Positions 26,553 to 27,832 of a DNA stretch of 27,832 bases are shown here, one piece after another. The notes under the pieces were generated by a model. It saw nothing but the letters and a program-made list of their open reading frames with translations. It did not search any database and was not told the DNA's origin. The stretch's first letter is position 1; each line of letters starts with the position of its first letter. The stretch comes from a virus (taxonomy: Duplodnaviria > Caudoviricetes): positions 1 to 27,832 of the IMG/VR virus record IMGVR_UViG_3300033076_000149. One strand, written 5' to 3'. The position numbers and the translations under genes are program-made.

Positions 26553-27741
26553 TTAACAACTCTGCTTTCTTTCCGGTAAATTCTTCCCAACGCTTGACGA
26601 TAACGTCACAGTATTTAGGGTCTAGTTCCATAACAAAAGCTTTGCGGTGTGTTTTTTCGCAAGCGATAAGAGTAGAACCTGACCCGCCAAACAAGTCCAA
26701 TACGTTGCTACCTTGCTTGCTTGAATTATTAATTGCTTCTTCTGGAATAAAAATTGGCTTTTGGGTTGGGTGAACATTTTTGCTTTTATCATATCCACCA
26801 AAATCCCAAACAGTTGTTTTGGTTCTGTCATCAGTAAAATAAGGTGAGCCTTTTACCATAAATAGGCAAGGCTCATGCGCCCATTGGTATCTTGTTCTGC
26901 TCAATAGCATTGGCTTTTTCCAAATAATTGTTTGAGCAAAATCAAATCCAGCGTCAATCATTCCTTGTTTGAAATTGATTGTTTCTCTATCTGCGTGCCA
27001 AACGTAAGCACTAGACCCATCTTTCAAAACTGAATAAGCGCAAATACCCATATCATAGATGAATTTATAGAAATCATCAGAGGACATAGTATCGTTTTTA
27101 ATTTTTCCTAAAGATTTTCCGGGATTTGGTCTAGACGAATTATCGTAATCAACATTATAAGGAGGATCTGTGTGCAATAAGTCAGCCTTTTGGCCGTTCA
27201 TTAACTTTTCTACCGCATCAATACTAGTGCTATCACCGCACATCAAACGATGATTGCCTAGCTTGTAAATATCGCCTAGTTTCGTTTTTGGTTCCTCTGG
27301 AACTTTTGGAACAGAATCTTCATCAGTTAAACCTTCTTTAACTTCTTCCGGCTTCATTTCATTAATTTCGTCAGCCGTAAAACCTGTCAAATCTAGGTCA
27401 TAACCTTCAAGTTCCAATTCTTCAAATTCTGTAAGCAGCAGTTCTGTATCCCAGCCAGCGTTAAGCGCTAACTTATTGTCAGCAAGAATCAACGCTTTCT
27501 TTTGCGGTGGCGTTAGGTGCGCCAATTCAATAACCGGAATTTCAGTCATGCCTAAAAGACGGGCGGCAGCCAATCGACCATGACCAGCAATAATGCCTTT
27601 TTCGCCATCAACCAAAATTGGGTTTGTCCAACCAAACTCTTTGATTGAAGCAGCAATTTGCGCGACCTGTGCATCAGAGTGCGTCCGTGCGTTTCGTGCG
27701 TAGGGAATTAGCTTTTCAATTTTTATGGTTTCAATTTTCAT
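26545..27741 (-). CDS. ParB-N domain / N6-adenine or N4-cytosine DNA methyltransferase fusion
   Basis: LIPYARNARTH...IIAGHGRL...LADNK (ParB/Srx-like); TDPPY catalytic motif, HPTQKP and VLDLFGGSGSTL SAM-binding motif (beta-class order). Confidence 0.93.
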   Translation of the reverse strand: MKIETIKIEKLIPYARNARTHSDAQVAQIAASIKEFGWTNPILVDGEKGIIAGHGRLAAARLLGMTEIPVIELAHLTPPQKKALILADNKLALNAGWDTELLLTEFEELELEGYDLDLTGFTADEINEMKPEEVKEGLTDEDSVPKVPEEPKTKLGDIYKLGNHRLMCGDSTSIDAVEKLMNGQKADLLHTDPPYNVDYDNSSRPNPGKSLGKIKNDTMSSDDFYKFIYDMGICAYSVLKDGSSAYVWHADRETINFKQGMIDAGFDFAQTIIWKKPMLLSRTRYQWAHEPCLFMVKGSPYFTDDRTKTTVWDFGGYDKSKNVHPTQKPIFIPEEAINNSSKQGSNVLDLFGGSGSTLIACEKTHRKAFVMELDPKYCDVIVKRWEEFTGKKAELLNA

Positions 27742-27760
27742 GTTTTTTCCTTTTGCGTTT

Positions 27761-27772
27761 AGGGAATTCCCT
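27761..27772. repeat. perfect 12-bp palindrome AGGGAATTCCCT upstream of the late gene block
   Basis: Self-complementary sequence about 20 bp upstream of the methyltransferase start codon. Confidence 0.45.
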
Positions 27773-27832
27773 GGTTTTTGATGTTTTATTTTAACCCCCC
27801 TAGGTCAAAAAGTCCTTTTGCAGAAAATTGGG

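Noticed and set aside
4385-26831. Numerous short alternative-frame and antisense ORFs in the track
   Set aside because: They overlap well-supported genes and lack SD, coupling or motifs; only the gpT extension and the AT-hook ORF were retained.
1-27832. CRISPR array, tRNA, intron/intein or stop-codon reassignment
   Set aside because: No regularly spaced repeats or cloverleaf noticed by eye; terminase, portal and capsid are uninterrupted and normal in length; genes pack tightly under the standard code with all three stops used.

Overview
The window is the complete late (virion and lysis) region of a tailed dsDNA phage with an HK97/lambda-like siphovirus layout. Almost everything is on the minus strand, read right to left: ParB-N/DNA methyltransferase fusion, small and large terminase, portal, a small AT-hook ORF, prohead protease, TWO tandem paralogous HK97-fold capsid genes split by a terminator-like hairpin, head-tail joining genes, tail tube, a tail chaperone with a -1 frameshift signal, tape measure, tail-tip genes (including a GNAT-like ORF), six fibre/adhesin-type genes ending in a triple-LamG lectin plus a chaperone-like ORF, a lysis cassette (two membrane proteins, SAR-type lysozyme, Rz with an embedded Rz1 missing from the ORF track) and a TraR/DksA-like zinc finger. 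Four small plus-strand genes converge on it at the left end. Spanins imply a Gram-negative host. The most notable signals are the duplicated capsid protein with a truncated scaffold domain, an apparent plug-and-socket chain of fibre proteins, GC-mosaic receptor-binding genes and structured leaders that hide translation starts. All calls come from motif reading and gene order; no database search was run and GC values are hand counts of sampled blocks.
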